DNA of 63,997 nucleotides, filler included, from Nemertoderma westbladi (Eukaryota; Animalia; Xenacoelomorpha), in NCBI GenBank assembly GCA_032718475.1. It is 3 parts of 3 records of this genome, joined end to end, with 100 filler letters (N's around TTAATTAATTAA, not from the genome) between each part and the next. Parts side by side here need not be neighbours in the genome. Positions count along the whole stretch, not along the records: positions 56,980 to 63,997 come from JAUCBJ010004037.1; 2 more parts are not named here. One strand, 5' to 3'. The stretch's first letter is position 1. Each line of letters begins with the position of its first letter. The notes beneath the pieces are model-generated. The model was not told the DNA's origin and ran no database searches. It was given only the letters and a program-made list of their open reading frames with translations. Positions 61,903-63,997 of the stretch are shown piece by piece. Position numbers and translations under genes: made by a program.

Positions 61903-63997
61903 GCATAATTCGTAAAAAAAAAATGACCAAAAAAGTTAAATAAAAGGACATAAAAAATCACTGCCATTGCTAAATACAGTATATAGAAAGTGATAATTCA
62001 AATTTCCCTCTCAGCTATTTCTGGCCCAAACGGCAAGATAAAAAAACATACCATTACAACTTTTGGCCCAAACGGCAAGATCAAAAAACATACCATTACA
62101 ACTTTTTAATATAATATGTTTTTTTTATTTTTGGCCCAAACGGCGCCCCATATTGAAACATTAATCATTTATTAAAAACAATACAGCCTTTCTGCCTTTG
62201 CTGCAATATTTTAGTAATCTTTCTTGTTAATAGTTGTCAATACAAAATTAATTGAATAATTGAATAATGATACTGTACTTCAGTACTTATTAGTATATTA
62301 CATTTAAAATATTTATTGTTTGTTTGTTACGCTAAAGGGAAGGCAGGAAGAGGTGCAGTACCTCTGTACAGTAGGCCTACTGTACTGCCGAATATGGCGA
62401 AACACTTTAACTAACATGCCCCATATTGCCCTGATTGCCAGCTGATACAGCTGAGTTTATACCCAAATGAATGAAGGAAGATGAGTGGGAAGGTGGAAAT
62501 CAATAAACGATGTTGTTACCTTCCAATTGAAGGAAAAGAGCAGGTTACAGCGGCGGCAATTTCTAACCTAAACAATAAACCATGTTGTTGAAAATTTTCA
62601 CCCCCCGCCGAAAAATTCAAGTTTCAGAATTCTTATGCAATTTTTACATATTCCATTGAATTCAGAACCCTCACAAATCCGTATAACGCAAGAAACCCCA
62701 TACTTCCGAAAAATACAAGTTTGGATGTATACTGTAGTTGTTAGATAAATATTTATAAACCTCTATAATGTAAGATAGGATTACAGTATGAGTTGTCACA
62801 ATCAATTGAACTATTGAATTAATTTTCAAAAGTTCTTGCTGGCACCAAATTTTGCACACAGCACCGAAAAATACAACGTTGATGATATGCCTGGTGCAAT
62901 TCATATATATTCCAACGAGACTACATAGAATCCCTAAAACCCCTATTGCAGAAAAAAAAAACAGCTTCACCGTCATCGTGTCTGCATGGTACTTCACATA
63001 GCGCGCCATTTGGTGGTCTCGGGTGAATGTTTGGATTTGACCTAACCAAATTGGTTTACTACTGAAGATCCGCAGTGGGCACATCGGGGAGGTGTGGGCC
63101 ACTCGGAATCCGACGAAGCAGTGACAGCACATTGCTCTATTGACATTTGGCGTTTGTAAAAGCTTTTGCGGATATAATCAGTCCCCTTGCCCGCAAAGTA
63201 CCGTTGTAGGTGTTTTAACGGACATAAAAGTCATTCTTCTATATGTGTGCTTTGACGGACATGGCAAGGCACAAAACCCGCAATGCGTCAAATACTCTAG
63301 CACAGGGTAGCCTTGATGATTCAGATTACGACATCTAACAGCTGGTTGCTGGCATGGAAACGGCCGTTGGACACATGGTTCTTTGTTTAGCTTAACAGCC
63401 AATCAGGGCGATTTTTACTGTCGATGTGGAGATATTCTACAGATCGTGCTAGGCGTGTTCAGTCTTACTGTTTTTTGTGATACTGTTGTGTTGTTTTTAT
63501 CTAGGCCAAGAACACCGGCTCTAGAGTCAATTCGTTTCAGACTTTGGAAGAAACATTAGTAGGCTTAGATTATAGAACGTATAACTGTTATCGGTCCAGT
63601 ACAATCAGTGCAATCAGCAGCAGTCTTATATCACTGCAACATACATTATTATACTGCTATTTACTGTTGTCATTATTTGTATCAGATGGTTGAATATTAT
63701 TATTTGGAGAACATCTATAAAGAATCCAAATTTCCCAATTTTCTTGATACACTACAGGTTAGAGAGACGGGTTACATATAGCGATTGCGACTTATATTAT
63801 TGTGGTTTGTAGTGAATTTAATGCTATTTGATAAGCACTACATGAGTCAATTGCTGTTCTCTTTATATATGATAAAATTCATTGACGGTCGGCAAATTAG
63901 TGTGCAGTTTTGTGTGTTACCGGTAGTGTGCATGATTGTGACTGATAACTAAGCATTTCCTAAAGAATGCGCCTCATACGTGAATCATAAGCCTTAC

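Larger units (their letters stand above)
57255..62152 (-). mobile_element. IS3EU-type DNA transposon (decayed)
   Basis: ~155-bp TIRs starting TATGGGGCGCCGTTTGGGCC with three internal GCCGTTTGGGCC repeats. 6-bp TSD TTGAAA (57249-57254 and 62153-62158). IS3/integrase-like transposase inside. Confidence 0.88.

Noticed and set aside
62671-63402. Cys-rich ORFs as further TSP1 exons
   Set aside because: No WxxWxxC or RxR pattern and no convincing splice sites.

Overview
This window is AT-rich, repeat-dense metazoan genomic DNA, probably from a marine invertebrate. It is almost entirely nested transposable elements and minisatellites, with two scaffold gaps. (1) A complete 9.7 kb BEL/Pao-type LTR element lies at 9461-19183 on the minus strand, with about 97% identical LTRs and a 5-bp TSD (AATCA). 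It keeps a protease and an integrase C-terminal remnant but has no RT or RNase H. It instead carries a second reading frame with a WRN/RNase D-like DEDDy 3'-5' exonuclease followed by three CCHC zinc knuckles. A diverged sister copy starts the window. (2) A 4.9 kb IS3EU-type DNA transposon (57255-62152, 6-bp TSD) has a decayed DDE transposase and a convergent HECT E3-ligase C-lobe remnant. (3) LINEs of the RTE, L2/CR1 and CRE clades, a Gypsy RT remnant, hAT- and Merlin-like MITE/foldback elements and tRNA-derived SINEs are also present. (4) Host-like sequence comprises one TSP1 exon (THSD7-like), a single-exon orphan protein that looks secreted and GPI-anchored, and a decayed, intron-poor Cys-loop (nAChR-like) receptor gene. 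All calls come from reading the sequence by eye; no searches were run.
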